Source of the DNA: Spirochaetia bacterium
Lineage (GTDB): Bacteria > Spirochaetota > Spirochaetia > UBA9216
Direction: 5' to 3'
Length of the DNA stretch: 64,000 nt
Assembly: GCA_963675665.1 (NCBI GenBank)
Contig: OY776510.1
Location: 192,001-256,000 of the forward strand
Shown here: piece after piece, positions 31,597 through 40,583 of the stretch
Numbering within the stretch: the stretch's first letter is position 1
Layout of the letters: each line of letters begins with the position of its first letter
Program-made: the position numbers and the translations under genes
The notes under the pieces: generated by a model
The model's input: only the letters and a program-made list of their open reading frames with translations
Database searches by the model: none
Told to the model about the DNA's origin: nothing

Positions 31597-32394
31597 TTAT
31601 ACCTTCTCATCCCATATTTCAGCATTGTCTTCAAGCATCCATAAATGCTCTTCAAGATCGATCCTGGTCTTCTTCCAGGGGTTACCGTCAAGATGCCTTA
31701 TACCCCAGACATAGTACAGAGCGTAACCCGGAGCCGCCGCCTGGGAATGAAAATCATCAGTAATCAGAAGCAGGCCGTTATGGTGCGTCTCAAAAACCTT
31801 TCCGTTGGTAAATCCCGCACCGAAGCCCTGGGGCTTGTCGTATCGGTAAAAATATACCTCAGGCTGCGGGTGCCAGTGCGGCGGGTAGCTTGACCATGTT
31901 CCCGGAAAATTGACAACTTCGCCGAGCACCATTGTTGAATACGGAGCAGTCGAGTAATCAAAAACCGTTCTTATATTACGTCTCATCTTGCCGCCGATTT
32001 CGCCGTTTGCCCCCGCTCTCTGGGTATGGATGTTGTCTGGTGTATAAAATTTTGGTTCAAAAGCAGTTGTGTTGGCCGACATCTGTATATAAAACTCCGA
32101 ATGAACTTCAGCAGTGATTTCAATGCCGACACCCGCAGGCGTATGCAGGCAGTACGGATTGAAATCAAATTCATCAGTTCTTTCTCCCTTTTCCGATTTA
32201 CCTTCCCATTTAAATTCCGCTTCACCTTTAATAAGAAGAGCGGCAATCTCTTTGCCGGCTTCAATGAATGAATAGCTCTCTCCGGCTTCCAGGACCAGCA
32301 ATCCGACATCCATCATAGCCAATCTGCCTTCGGGACTGTCAAGTTTTATATATTCATTATATCCGTTTGTTATTTTATCCTTGCCGATATACAC
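31597..32394 (-). CDS. iolB: 5-deoxy-glucuronate isomerase (KduI/IolB family)
   Basis: LGEVVNFPGTWSSYPPHWHPQPEVYFYR...QGFG, HSQAAAPGYALYYVW. Confidence 0.85.
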   Translation of the reverse strand: MYIGKDKITNGYNEYIKLDSPEGRLAMMDVGLLVLEAGESYSFIEAGKEIAALLIKGEAEFKWEGKSEKGERTDEFDFNPYCLHTPAGVGIEITAEVHSEFYIQMSANTTAFEPKFYTPDNIHTQRAGANGEIGGKMRRNIRTVFDYSTAPYSTMVLGEVVNFPGTWSSYPPHWHPQPEVYFYRYDKPQGFGAGFTNGKVFETHHNGLLLITDDFHSQAAAPGYALYYVWGIRHLDGNPWKKTRIDLEEHLWMLEDNAEIWDEKV

Positions 32395-32420
32395 AGGTTT
32401 ACCTCCCGATCATGTTATTT

Positions 32421-32454
32421 AAAATATACTAATATATTAGTATATTTTTGTCAA
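32421..32454 (-). promoter_or_regulatory. Palindromic operator overlapping the iolB promoter
   Basis: Perfect 28-bp palindrome AAAATATACTAATATATTAGTATATTTT (32421-32448); TTGACA(32449-32454)-17-TAGTAT. Confidence 0.88.
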
Positions 32455-32500
32455 TTCCTGAAATGCATAAAGATAAAAAATATTACCTTTATAATAAATT

Positions 32501-34396
32501 TCATGCAGCAAGAGAGGGAACAAGCTCACACAGCCATTCAAGGCCCAGCGCCAGAAGCCTGCAATACTCAGGGGCGCCATCCTTTCCGGTCCATCCCGCC
32601 AGCCTGTAATAGCATTCCCGGGACTGCCTGAAGGCTTCCCTGTCGACAGACATTCCGTCCGTTATTCCGCCCTTCAGGGGTTTAAACAGTTTTTCGGGTA
32701 GTTTATCGTCCTCATTCGTGAACCCCTCGCGGATATTAAACACCCTCATCATCTGAAGCCTGCGCTCAGCAACCAGCATCATTTCATAAAAATTGGTATT
32801 CCACCCGGTTGAATAATTAATTGCCTCAACCAGTTCTCCAAGCGTATAGCACATTCCAAACCCGAAAGCCAGCAGACATACGCTGGCAGTATCCATCAGG
32901 CTGTATCCAAGCTGTGTCCGCCAGAACAGTTTTGCCTTTTCAAAATTCAATTCATAGGGGTCCTCCGCATTCTCAAGACCCAGAACCTGCAGGTCTTCCG
33001 CAAACGGTTTGTTTGATATGCTGGGATCCATTTCAATCGAGCAATGATCCGAACCGAAAGGGACCAGAGCATAAGTCAGGGCCAGTGCCGCTTTTGTCTG
33101 GGGCATATGCGCCGGAAATTCCTTGCCCTTTACCGTCAGCAGGTATTGCCGGCTTTCTTCTCCGTATTCTTCAGCAAGAACAGCAGATCCTTTTGCAATC
33201 TGCCTGCCCAAACCTTCTCCCTTTCCGGTCAGTTCCGCTATTTTAAGTGCGGATTCCACATTGCCGAAGCTGCAGTCTATTCCGTCGGTGTCTTCAGTCC
33301 CGATTAGCCCGTTTTCAAAGCACTCAAAAACAAAGCTGAGGGTTGCTCCGAACGAAATTGTATCAAATGCATATGCCGCGGCAATTGCGTTTATCCTGCA
33401 AATTGCAAGCTTGTCGGAAATCCCCAGATTGGAACCGCACATTCCGACAGTTTCATATTCCGGCCCCCCGTATACGGGATCCACCTCATCCGTCTTTTCC
33501 GGATCTACATGCCGCTTACAGCTCTGGGCGCAGGCGTAACAGGTGCCCGGTTTTATCAGCTCTGCGTTCCATGCCGCGGGAGTAAGTTTATCTGATTCGG
33601 AGAACGTTCCCGACTGCCAGTTGTTTGTCGGCAGACCGCCCAGGCCGATATTTTCATCGACACAACCGTCGGTTCCGTCCGTTTTAAACCCCTGATAATC
33701 TTCGCTGTCGCGGATACGGACAGCGCCCCGCTTTGCGATCTCCTTCATTCCCTGTTTGTCGCAAAAATCGGGATCAGTCTTGCCCCTCACCGCGATTGCC
33801 CGAAGATTCTTGGAACCCATCACGGCGCCCAGTCCTCCGCGGCCGTTAAAATGGGCAAGCTCATTTACAATATTCGCATACAGGCACAGATTTTCGCCGG
33901 CGGGGCCTGTCTGTGCCACCCTGATTCTTTCATCTCCGAGCTCTCTGCGGATTTCCTGCTGAGCCGCCTTTGTTTCAAGCCCCCATATCCTGCCGGCGCT
34001 TCTTATTTCAAATTCTCCGTCGTGAATCCACAGGTAAGAAGGCTCTTTTGCTCTTCCCTTAACAACAAGGGCGTCAAACCCCGCCTTTCTGAATTCGGGG
34101 GCCCAGTACCCGCCGGCCTCGCTTGCCATAATCCCGCCGGTCTGGGGCGATTTTGAAGTAACGGCATGGCGCGCGGCACCGCTTATCTTCGATCCTGCAA
34201 TCGGCCCGGTTGAAAAAACCAGCACATTTTCCGGCGACAGGGCAGCTGTTCCCGGAGTCAACTCTTTGAGCAGATAATAGGTGCCCAGACAGCTGCCTCC
34301 TACATATTTCCGGTAAATTTCTTCAGCCGGCTCCTCAATTCTGAATTTGCCGGTTGTTAAATTCACATGTAATATCTTTCCTGCGTATCCTTTCAT
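32501..34396 (-). CDS. aor: Aldehyde:ferredoxin oxidoreductase (tungstopterin, 4Fe-4S)
   Basis: GYAGKILHVNL, KSPQTG, GPAGE, GRGGLGAVMGSKNLRAI, CYACAQSC, GPEYET, DTISFG. Confidence 0.92.
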   Translation of the reverse strand: MKGYAGKILHVNLTTGKFRIEEPAEEIYRKYVGGSCLGTYYLLKELTPGTAALSPENVLVFSTGPIAGSKISGAARHAVTSKSPQTGGIMASEAGGYWAPEFRKAGFDALVVKGRAKEPSYLWIHDGEFEIRSAGRIWGLETKAAQQEIRRELGDERIRVAQTGPAGENLCLYANIVNELAHFNGRGGLGAVMGSKNLRAIAVRGKTDPDFCDKQGMKEIAKRGAVRIRDSEDYQGFKTDGTDGCVDENIGLGGLPTNNWQSGTFSESDKLTPAAWNAELIKPGTCYACAQSCKRHVDPEKTDEVDPVYGGPEYETVGMCGSNLGISDKLAICRINAIAAAYAFDTISFGATLSFVFECFENGLIGTEDTDGIDCSFGNVESALKIAELTGKGEGLGRQIAKGSAVLAEEYGEESRQYLLTVKGKEFPAHMPQTKAALALTYALVPFGSDHCSIEMDPSISNKPFAEDLQVLGLENAEDPYELNFEKAKLFWRTQLGYSLMDTASVCLLAFGFGMCYTLGELVEAINYSTGWNTNFYEMMLVAERRLQMMRVFNIREGFTNEDDKLPEKLFKPLKGGITDGMSVDREAFRQSRECYYRLAGWTGKDGAPEYCRLLALGLEWLCELVPSLAA

Positions 34397-34411
34397 AACT
34401 CACTCATCCAA

Positions 34412-34663
34412 TCATCCCCCGCTCATATAGGGAAGGATTCTGATTTCGTCTCCTTCCTCAAGTTCAATATTCTTCTTTACCGCACCCGTAAGACTTCGGT
34501 TATTAATCAGAATGTTATACGGCGGAACTATTCCGTATTTCATTGTCAGGTGCGCTTTTAATGTTCTTTCCGCTTTTTCAGGCTGCCTTTCAAGATCAAG
34601 AACTTCCAATTCCAGATTTGTCCTGTTTTTCATCCGGCCGCAGTAAACTATTCTGATATCCAA
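34412..34663 (-). CDS. MoaD/ThiS family sulfur carrier
   Basis: 83 aa beta-grasp-like protein ending LEEGDEIRILPYMSGG. Confidence 0.85.
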   Translation of the reverse strand: MDIRIVYCGRMKNRTNLELEVLDLERQPEKAERTLKAHLTMKYGIVPPYNILINNRSLTGAVKKNIELEEGDEIRILPYMSGG

Positions 34664-36576
34664 TCCGGTACCCCTGTGCCGTGAATTTTTATCCTGGTTT
34701 CAATATATTTTTCATCCTTTCCTGAATAACCGCCGACGAATAAATCTTTAATCTCGCATTCAATCCCCGGCTTCGAACTTCCCTGCTTTCCGATAATCCC
34801 TGAAATAAAAACTTTACCCTTGTTACTGCAACTTTTCTTTGCTTCTTCCAGCCCGGTAAAAACTTCCCTCCCCCAGGGAGAGTAGGATGAATAAATTTTA
34901 TCAGTGTCGGAATACCTGATTGTAATTTCAGCTGATTCGGTAATCCTTCCTGTTGCCGCCCCGACAGCATTGGCAACACCGGCATGTTCCGGAATCTCGG
35001 CGTCAACATTCAGTATTTTTGCGGCGGCAGGAACCCATTCGGCCGCCGGTGCGCCTATCGCAACAAGGGGGCTTTTAAGCCTCAGGCTGATGCTTAAAAG
35101 CGGCGACAACTTTCTCCACTGAAATGATTTCTCATCGAGACCGGAACCTGATGCGATAATTGCATCGGCAATTATTTCAATAACCCTTCTCTCCGTTATA
35201 TCAAGAAGATCCTCCGGTTTCAGGGCTGCGCCCTCGGCGGCAATTCTGAACGCTTCTTCCGAAATATGCCTGTTCCATTCTGTAAACCGGCCCCTCGCAT
35301 GAAGAAGATCAGTAGGCGTCAGACCTATTCTTTCAACAAGACCGCAATCAACAAGCTTATCCAGGTTTAATAACTCAGCATCAAGTTTCATTTTATCTGC
35401 AAGATAAAATAGCGAATGCGGAGCTTTTTTCAGACACTCGATCAGCGCCCTGTCGTCATCATCAAGATAACAAACAGCATTCCGTCCTGTGTATGCAAAA
35501 CAATCGGTTTCATGCCATGCAAGAAGCTCATAACCGGTCGGTTTGCGACAGGTAATTATTTCGTCAAGCAGGTGCGGATATTCGGCAGCAGCCACGCACA
35601 GCGGTTTTACCCGGACCGGCCCGACTGAAACCCTTTTATCAGCGGATATCATGATCCGGCTGTCGCCGCCGATCCCGTAGGTATATATTTCCGCGGCCCT
35701 GACGTGTGTTTTTCTGCCGCCCACAACGGCGCCGTCCGACTGCAGATTCACCCTGCCGTTTCTTACCTCGGCTATATCTGTTGTGGTACCGCCCATATCA
35801 AGCACTACTGCATCTTTACGGCCGCTTAAAAAGACACCGCCGAGAACGCTTGCGGCAGGCCCGGACAATATTGTGTCAATCGGATGCATTACGGCATGCT
35901 TTTCATCCATAAGCGAGCCGTCTCCCCGGACAACCATCAGCCTTGCAGTTATCCCCTTAAGACTCAGGGCATGTTTCACCGATTCGACAAGGTCCCCGAT
36001 AACCGGTATCAGCCCGGCATTAAGCACTGCGGTGAGCGTCCGGTCCTCAAAACCCAGGCTTGAAGAAAGCTCATGCGCACAGACAACGGGCAGGTTCAGC
36101 TCCGATCGAATAACCTCTGCTATCCTTATTTCATGTGCCGGGTTTCTTACGCTTGCATAGCCTGAAACAGCTACCGCTTCCGGCCGCACGCCCTTAAGCT
36201 CCTCTACCGCATCCGCAAGAGCTTCGGAATCAAGCGGCTCCTGTTCCCGTCCTTTTATGTCGAACAGGCCGTCTATGAAATATTCGGCCGAACCCGGTAA
36301 TGTCAAACCGCCCTTCTTTCCGATGGACACCAGTGCTGTCTTTCCACGACGGTTCTCAACTATTGCGTTTGTGGCCAGGGTTGTCGACAGACAAACCATT
36401 CCGACAGCATTCAGATTGTTAAAACCAAGACCTTCAATCGAGTTAATAATTCCGTCAACCAGGTTTGACCTGGTTGTAAAACTCTTGGCAGTGTAAAGAA
36501 CATGATTATTTTTAAAATCAACAACGGCTGCATCAGTGAATGTTCCGCCTGTATCAATACCGAGAACCAGAGCCAT
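34648..36576 (-). CDS. Hydantoinase A/oxoprolinase-family ATPase (ASKHA fold), no B subunit nearby
   Basis: GIDTGGTFTD, STTLATNA, TAVLNAGL, TILSGPAAS, DMGGTTTD, GIGGDS, TPTD, ANAVGAA. Confidence 0.88.
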   Translation of the reverse strand: MALVLGIDTGGTFTDAAVVDFKNNHVLYTAKSFTTRSNLVDGIINSIEGLGFNNLNAVGMVCLSTTLATNAIVENRRGKTALVSIGKKGGLTLPGSAEYFIDGLFDIKGREQEPLDSEALADAVEELKGVRPEAVAVSGYASVRNPAHEIRIAEVIRSELNLPVVCAHELSSSLGFEDRTLTAVLNAGLIPVIGDLVESVKHALSLKGITARLMVVRGDGSLMDEKHAVMHPIDTILSGPAASVLGGVFLSGRKDAVVLDMGGTTTDIAEVRNGRVNLQSDGAVVGGRKTHVRAAEIYTYGIGGDSRIMISADKRVSVGPVRVKPLCVAAAEYPHLLDEIITCRKPTGYELLAWHETDCFAYTGRNAVCYLDDDDRALIECLKKAPHSLFYLADKMKLDAELLNLDKLVDCGLVERIGLTPTDLLHARGRFTEWNRHISEEAFRIAAEGAALKPEDLLDITERRVIEIIADAIIASGSGLDEKSFQWRKLSPLLSISLRLKSPLVAIGAPAAEWVPAAAKILNVDAEIPEHAGVANAVGAATGRITESAEITIRYSDTDKIYSSYSPWGREVFTGLEEAKKSCSNKGKVFISGIIGKQGSSKPGIECEIKDLFVGGYSGKDEKYIETRIKIHGTGVPDWISE

Positions 36577-36589
36577 ATACCGCCCTTAC

Positions 36590-38350
36590 TTATCTGGCAC
36601 CGAGAAAAGGAATCGTCTTGCTCATGTTATTTTCAGCAAAAATACCAAGATCATGCAGCATGTGCTCAATATCGGTAGGCTCCGAATGACCCGGCAGAAT
36701 GGCATTCATCTTTCCGCCCATAAAAATGGTGTAGTCCCTGCCGCGTTCTTTTCTCAGTTCGGCAAGCTGTCGACCGTAATCAAGGGCCTGTCCGTTATGG
36801 CAGCTTATTCCGGCAAAAAGAGTCCCTTCTTCATCCGCCAGATCAAGCAGATCAGCGGCATCCATATCAACTCCGCCGTTTACTACTTCGGCGCCCATTG
36901 AAGTCAGCACCCCTTCTACAAGAAGCAGCCCGTAAGTATGCGCATCGGCCGATGCAATTATGATTTTTTTTCCTTTAAGGCTTCCTTCATACCCGGCCTT
37001 CAGCAGGTCTGAAACAATCTCATCTCTCATATCAACAGTCTGCCGGCCGAGTATTGTAGGCTGAAACGGCTGGATATCCTCGGTGTCTTCATCAAATGTA
37101 CTGGGATGAAACATCTGTTCAAACTTGAGAGGATTAAAATTCCTTATAAATAAAATCAAATCCAGCGGATCTTTTACGTCGACTCCTGCGTCAGTGCATC
37201 CGGCCAAGAAATTATCAAAGAAAACCTTTCCCTGTTCAACAAGGATGTCCCGCATCTTCTCAAGATACGAAAAATCCATAAATTTGTCCCACTGATGAGC
37301 ATATTCTTCCGCGCGCTTTCCAGCAAGAAAGATGTTCTGAAGCTCTTCAAGAGTTGGAACGCGCAGCTTTTCAGTAATCGCCACGGGGTTAATGCCCAGG
37401 CCCATATTGTATTTTCGTTCGACAAGGATCTCAAACAGGTATTCCTGTACGCTTGCCCCGTAGTTGGCATGAATATCATGGTCCCACTGGCTGTTTGTTG
37501 AACTGTTTATATAGTGCAGGGCGGGCTGGTCTTCGGTTGAAAGAAGCTTGTCTATTGCCATGGCAATTGCCATTCTGGTATCGCCTTCGGTCAATAACCC
37601 CCCGTAAGCGACCATGTAACGGACATTGCATAACTGTGTGCAGATATAATGTTCGATCAGCGTATATCCTACATACGAGACGGTATCTATAAAATAACCG
37701 GGAAGCCCGTCGTCAAGATAAGTCTTCACCGCGAACATATCGTCTCTCTTCGCAGCAAGAATACCAAGACAGGTTACCATATCGGAAAACCTTTTCAGCT
37801 CATCCGTAAATCCCGGATACCCCCATACAATCTGTGAGAATTCCCCGATAAGCGAAGCTCCCGCCTCTATTGCCCAGATTGTAGTTTCCAGGCAGTTGGG
37901 AGAGGCAAGGTGATAATCGTTAAAAGTTACCTCTATCGGCGCCGCTTCCACCTGGGCTTTGTAATCGTCAAAGGTTTCTGTTACAAAACTGGTTGTTGAA
38001 GGCGCGTTCTCGCGATATTCTTTCGGAAGCGCCACAAGGCCGCTGGGAATGGGCTGAAGGCTGTCCACTGAAAAACCAAGGCGCCGTGTAAATTCGTAAA
38101 GTTCCCTTGTAGCTTCAACCTGTTCCTCAAGAGAAGCCAGGCCCATCAGGATATTCCAGGTTATTTTACCTTTTTTCATACAGTCTTTTTTATAATCAAG
38201 GTAACTCGAATAACCGCTTTCACGTGCGAACCGGCTTTTCCCCGCTTTTATCGTTTTTCCAAGCTTTATTCCGTCTTTAAGAATTTCATTCCCGTTTCTG
38301 TGGGGCCCGGGCCGGAGACTTTTCAGATATGCAAGCTTATTTTTATCCAT
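36590..38350 (-). CDS. Cobalamin-dependent enzyme, 2-methyleneglutarate mutase-like (catalytic domain + C-terminal B12-binding domain)
   Basis: Base-off/His-on motif ASADAHTYG, then GISCHNG and IFMGG; LDDG and TEKLRVP resemble Eubacterium barkeri Mgm as recalled; start at MDKNK (38350) after AGGAG. Confidence 0.8.
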   Translation of the reverse strand: MDKNKLAYLKSLRPGPHRNGNEILKDGIKLGKTIKAGKSRFARESGYSSYLDYKKDCMKKGKITWNILMGLASLEEQVEATRELYEFTRRLGFSVDSLQPIPSGLVALPKEYRENAPSTTSFVTETFDDYKAQVEAAPIEVTFNDYHLASPNCLETTIWAIEAGASLIGEFSQIVWGYPGFTDELKRFSDMVTCLGILAAKRDDMFAVKTYLDDGLPGYFIDTVSYVGYTLIEHYICTQLCNVRYMVAYGGLLTEGDTRMAIAMAIDKLLSTEDQPALHYINSSTNSQWDHDIHANYGASVQEYLFEILVERKYNMGLGINPVAITEKLRVPTLEELQNIFLAGKRAEEYAHQWDKFMDFSYLEKMRDILVEQGKVFFDNFLAGCTDAGVDVKDPLDLILFIRNFNPLKFEQMFHPSTFDEDTEDIQPFQPTILGRQTVDMRDEIVSDLLKAGYEGSLKGKKIIIASADAHTYGLLLVEGVLTSMGAEVVNGGVDMDAADLLDLADEEGTLFAGISCHNGQALDYGRQLAELRKERGRDYTIFMGGKMNAILPGHSEPTDIEHMLHDLGIFAENNMSKTIPFLGAR

Positions 38351-38371
38351 AATAAAAACTCCTGTGTTCAA

Positions 38372-38386
38372 TAATATATTAGTATA
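38372..38386 (-). promoter_or_regulatory. Partial operator upstream of the B12 enzyme gene
   Basis: TAATATATTAGTATA, matching the island palindrome. Confidence 0.7.
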
Positions 38387-38432
38387 CTTTCATCCTGAAT
38401 ACAAACCGCCTTATCCGACAACAAAAAAAACA

Positions 38433-39125
38433 TTACTGGATATACTCCGGAAATTTTGCGATTATATCGTCGCTCTGCTCCAGATATTTATGATCATGAT
38501 GAACTTCTAGCAGCCGGTTGAGCTTTTCCGGATTACCCTCAGCAATGAAATTTACTATATCAAGGTGCTGATCATATGATGATGCAAGAGTATCCGGGTA
38601 GTTCATATCAAGCATCAGAAACCGTACATAATGCGCCCTTGTATTTGCTATAACATTCCATATGGGACCGTGTCCCGAATTAATAAAAATAGCCTTATGA
38701 AACATTGCATCCGCTTTAACATAACTTACTGTGTCATTTTTTGTGATGGCCTGTTTCATAAAAAACAAAGACTCCTGTACAACCTCTTTAAGATCTTTTC
38801 TGGAAGCAGCCAGATCGATAAATATTTCAGTTTCGATGATGTGCCTCATATATGCCATTTCGCGGGCGATCTGCAGATTGATCTTGGAGATGTAAGTTCC
38901 TCTCTGAGGGAATATATCAACAAGCTGCTCATCTCCAAGGCGGATGAGCGCTTCACGGATAGGAGTCCTGCCTACATTGAGCACCTCCTTCAGAGCTGCT
39001 TCCGTTATCGCCATTCCCGGTTTAAGCCTGAGAAACTGAATTGCATTTTTCAGCGATCGGTACACATTTACCTTGCTGCCGTCCATTTCAATTTCTATAG
39101 TGCCTGAATCTATTCCGCCTTTCAT
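38433..39125 (-). CDS. GntR family transcriptional regulator (FCD, RspR/YdfH-like)
   Basis: LKPG..ITE..L...LNVGRTPIREAL..L...LVDIFPQRGTYI; FCD DAMFH...H...HH. Confidence 0.93.
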   Translation of the reverse strand: MKGGIDSGTIEIEMDGSKVNVYRSLKNAIQFLRLKPGMAITEAALKEVLNVGRTPIREALIRLGDEQLVDIFPQRGTYISKINLQIAREMAYMRHIIETEIFIDLAASRKDLKEVVQESLFFMKQAITKNDTVSYVKADAMFHKAIFINSGHGPIWNVIANTRAHYVRFLMLDMNYPDTLASSYDQHLDIVNFIAEGNPEKLNRLLEVHHDHKYLEQSDDIIAKFPEYIQ

Positions 39126-39161
39126 TTAAACATCCTTAATAATTTATAATACAGATTGTCC

Positions 39162-39196
39162 ACTAATATACTAATATATTATAAGTATATTGTCAA
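39162..39196 (-). promoter_or_regulatory. Operator and promoter of gntR (autoregulation)
   Basis: ATATACTAATATATTA (39166-39181); TTGACA(39191-39196)-17-TAGTAT. Confidence 0.8.
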
Positions 39197-39328
39197 TTCT
39201 ATTACCTATTTTATACGCTCCGGCTTAAAAAATAAAGAAAGACTGTCGGATAATTGAAAACAATCATTGAAATATTGAATACATCTGTAATATTAAACAT
39301 AATGGAGAGCATTTAAAGGAGAAACCGA

Positions 39329-39637
39329 TTGTACCAGTTGATTTTCTTTGTACCGGAAACACATCTTGAAACCGTTAAAGATGCTGTTTTCAGGGCGGGT
39401 GCCGGCAGATACAACAATTACGATAACTGCTGCTGGCAATCTCAGGGCACAGGCCAGTTCAGACCGCTTGAAAACAGCAATGCCTATATAGGCGAAAAAG
39501 GAAAGCTTGAAAAAGTTCCGGAATACCGTGTTGAAATGCTCTGTGCGGATGAATATATTGACAGGGCCGTCTCGGCGCTGAAAAACGTGCATCCTTATGA
39601 AGAGCCGGCTTATTACGCTGTCAGGACTTATATTTGA
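39329..39637 (+). CDS. YqfO/NIF3 PII-like insertion-domain protein
   Basis: FFVPETH...AGAGRYNNYDNC...GTGQFRP...HPYEEPAY; TTG start after AAGGAG. Confidence 0.85.
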   Translation: MYQLIFFVPETHLETVKDAVFRAGAGRYNNYDNCCWQSQGTGQFRPLENSNAYIGEKGKLEKVPEYRVEMLCADEYIDRAVSALKNVHPYEEPAYYAVRTYI

Positions 39638-39698
39638 TATTCTTTCATATAATCCAAACGCGGGGTTGCTTACCAGGCTCTTCATTAGAGCGGCTGTT

Positions 39699-39956
39699 TT
39701 AATCAGGCTGAGTGGCTTTTTCAAATGCGGCAATAAGCCTCATTGCTTCTTCATTGCTGTTACCGCAGAATTCGGGCGTCGGTGTAAAATTGCGGCAGGC
39801 TTGCGGGTAATCAGGCCGGCCCCAGATTCGGCACCTGTTGTTCCCGTCAAGATTGACGCACCGTACTCCTCCGGGTTTCCCCTCCGGCATTCCCGGGATT
39901 GATTCGGCAATTGACGCTTCAATACAGCATGCTCCGCATCCGATTCTGCATTCCAT
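39699..39956 (-). CDS. YkgJ family cysteine-cluster (Fe-S/Zn) protein
   Basis: CRIGCGACC...GKPGGVRC..L....RC.I...P.AC..F. Confidence 0.88.
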   Translation of the reverse strand: MECRIGCGACCIEASIAESIPGMPEGKPGGVRCVNLDGNNRCRIWGRPDYPQACRNFTPTPEFCGNSNEEAMRLIAAFEKATQPD

Positions 39957-40076
39957 GCCGGCTATAATAATATTAAATCCATTCGTAATCAATTATTATT
40001 ATCTATAAAAAAAGGGCAGAAACTGTTGTAAAAATTGTATTTTTAAACCAAATTCTATTGCAATATTTCCTCCATC

Positions 40077-40115
40077 TATGTATATTTATGCAATCTTTTA
40101 GTATAATTATACGGC
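40077..40115 (+). promoter_or_regulatory. Tandem ARG boxes upstream of argR
   Basis: TGTATATTTATGCA (40079-40092) matches TGNATWWWWATNCA; second 18-mer TTAGTATAATTATACGGC lies 3 bp downstream and overlaps TATAAT. Confidence 0.75.
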
Positions 40116-40124
40116 AGGCGAATA

Positions 40125-40583
40125 GTGTACAGGGCAGAGCGGATGGAAACCGTCAAGCGGATAATCCGGGAACAAAGAATAAGCAGCCAGGAACAGCTGT
40201 TAACCGAACTTCAGAAAGAAGGATTCGAAGTTACGCAGGCAACCTTATCACGCGATCTGAAACAGTTGAAGGTGGCGAAAGTGAGCGACGGTGCCGACGG
40301 ATACATGTACAGTGTTCCCGGATTTAATAAACCGAGAAACCCGGGAACTGTATCTTCCGTATATATAGAAGATCTTAAACGCGGATTCATATCAATCGCT
40401 TTTTCCGGAAACATGTGTATGATTTCCACTATTGTCGGTCATGCCAATTCGGTGGCCTCAGCTATTGACAACATGGAAATTCCGGGAATACTCGGAACTG
40501 TCGCGGGTGACGATACAATATTTGTACTGATGTCCGAAGGGGCAGATAAAAACGAAATAGATAATTTTTTCAGGGGTATTTAA
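40125..40583 (+). CDS. argR: Arginine repressor
   Basis: SQEQL...GFEVTQATLSRDL; GTVAGDDT. Confidence 0.96.
   Translation: MYRAERMETVKRIIREQRISSQEQLLTELQKEGFEVTQATLSRDLKQLKVAKVSDGADGYMYSVPGFNKPRNPGTVSSVYIEDLKRGFISIAFSGNMCMISTIVGHANSVASAIDNMEIPGILGTVAGDDTIFVLMSEGADKNEIDNFFRGI

Noticed and set aside
38351-38432. Cobalamin riboswitch upstream of the B12 enzyme
   Set aside because: The spacer is only about 80 bp, AT-rich and lacks B12-box elements
20931-39125. Calling the island a nicotinate-fermentation or standard myo-inositol (iol) cluster
   Set aside because: Nicotinate genes other than the Mgm-like protein are absent, and only iolB of the iol pathway is present
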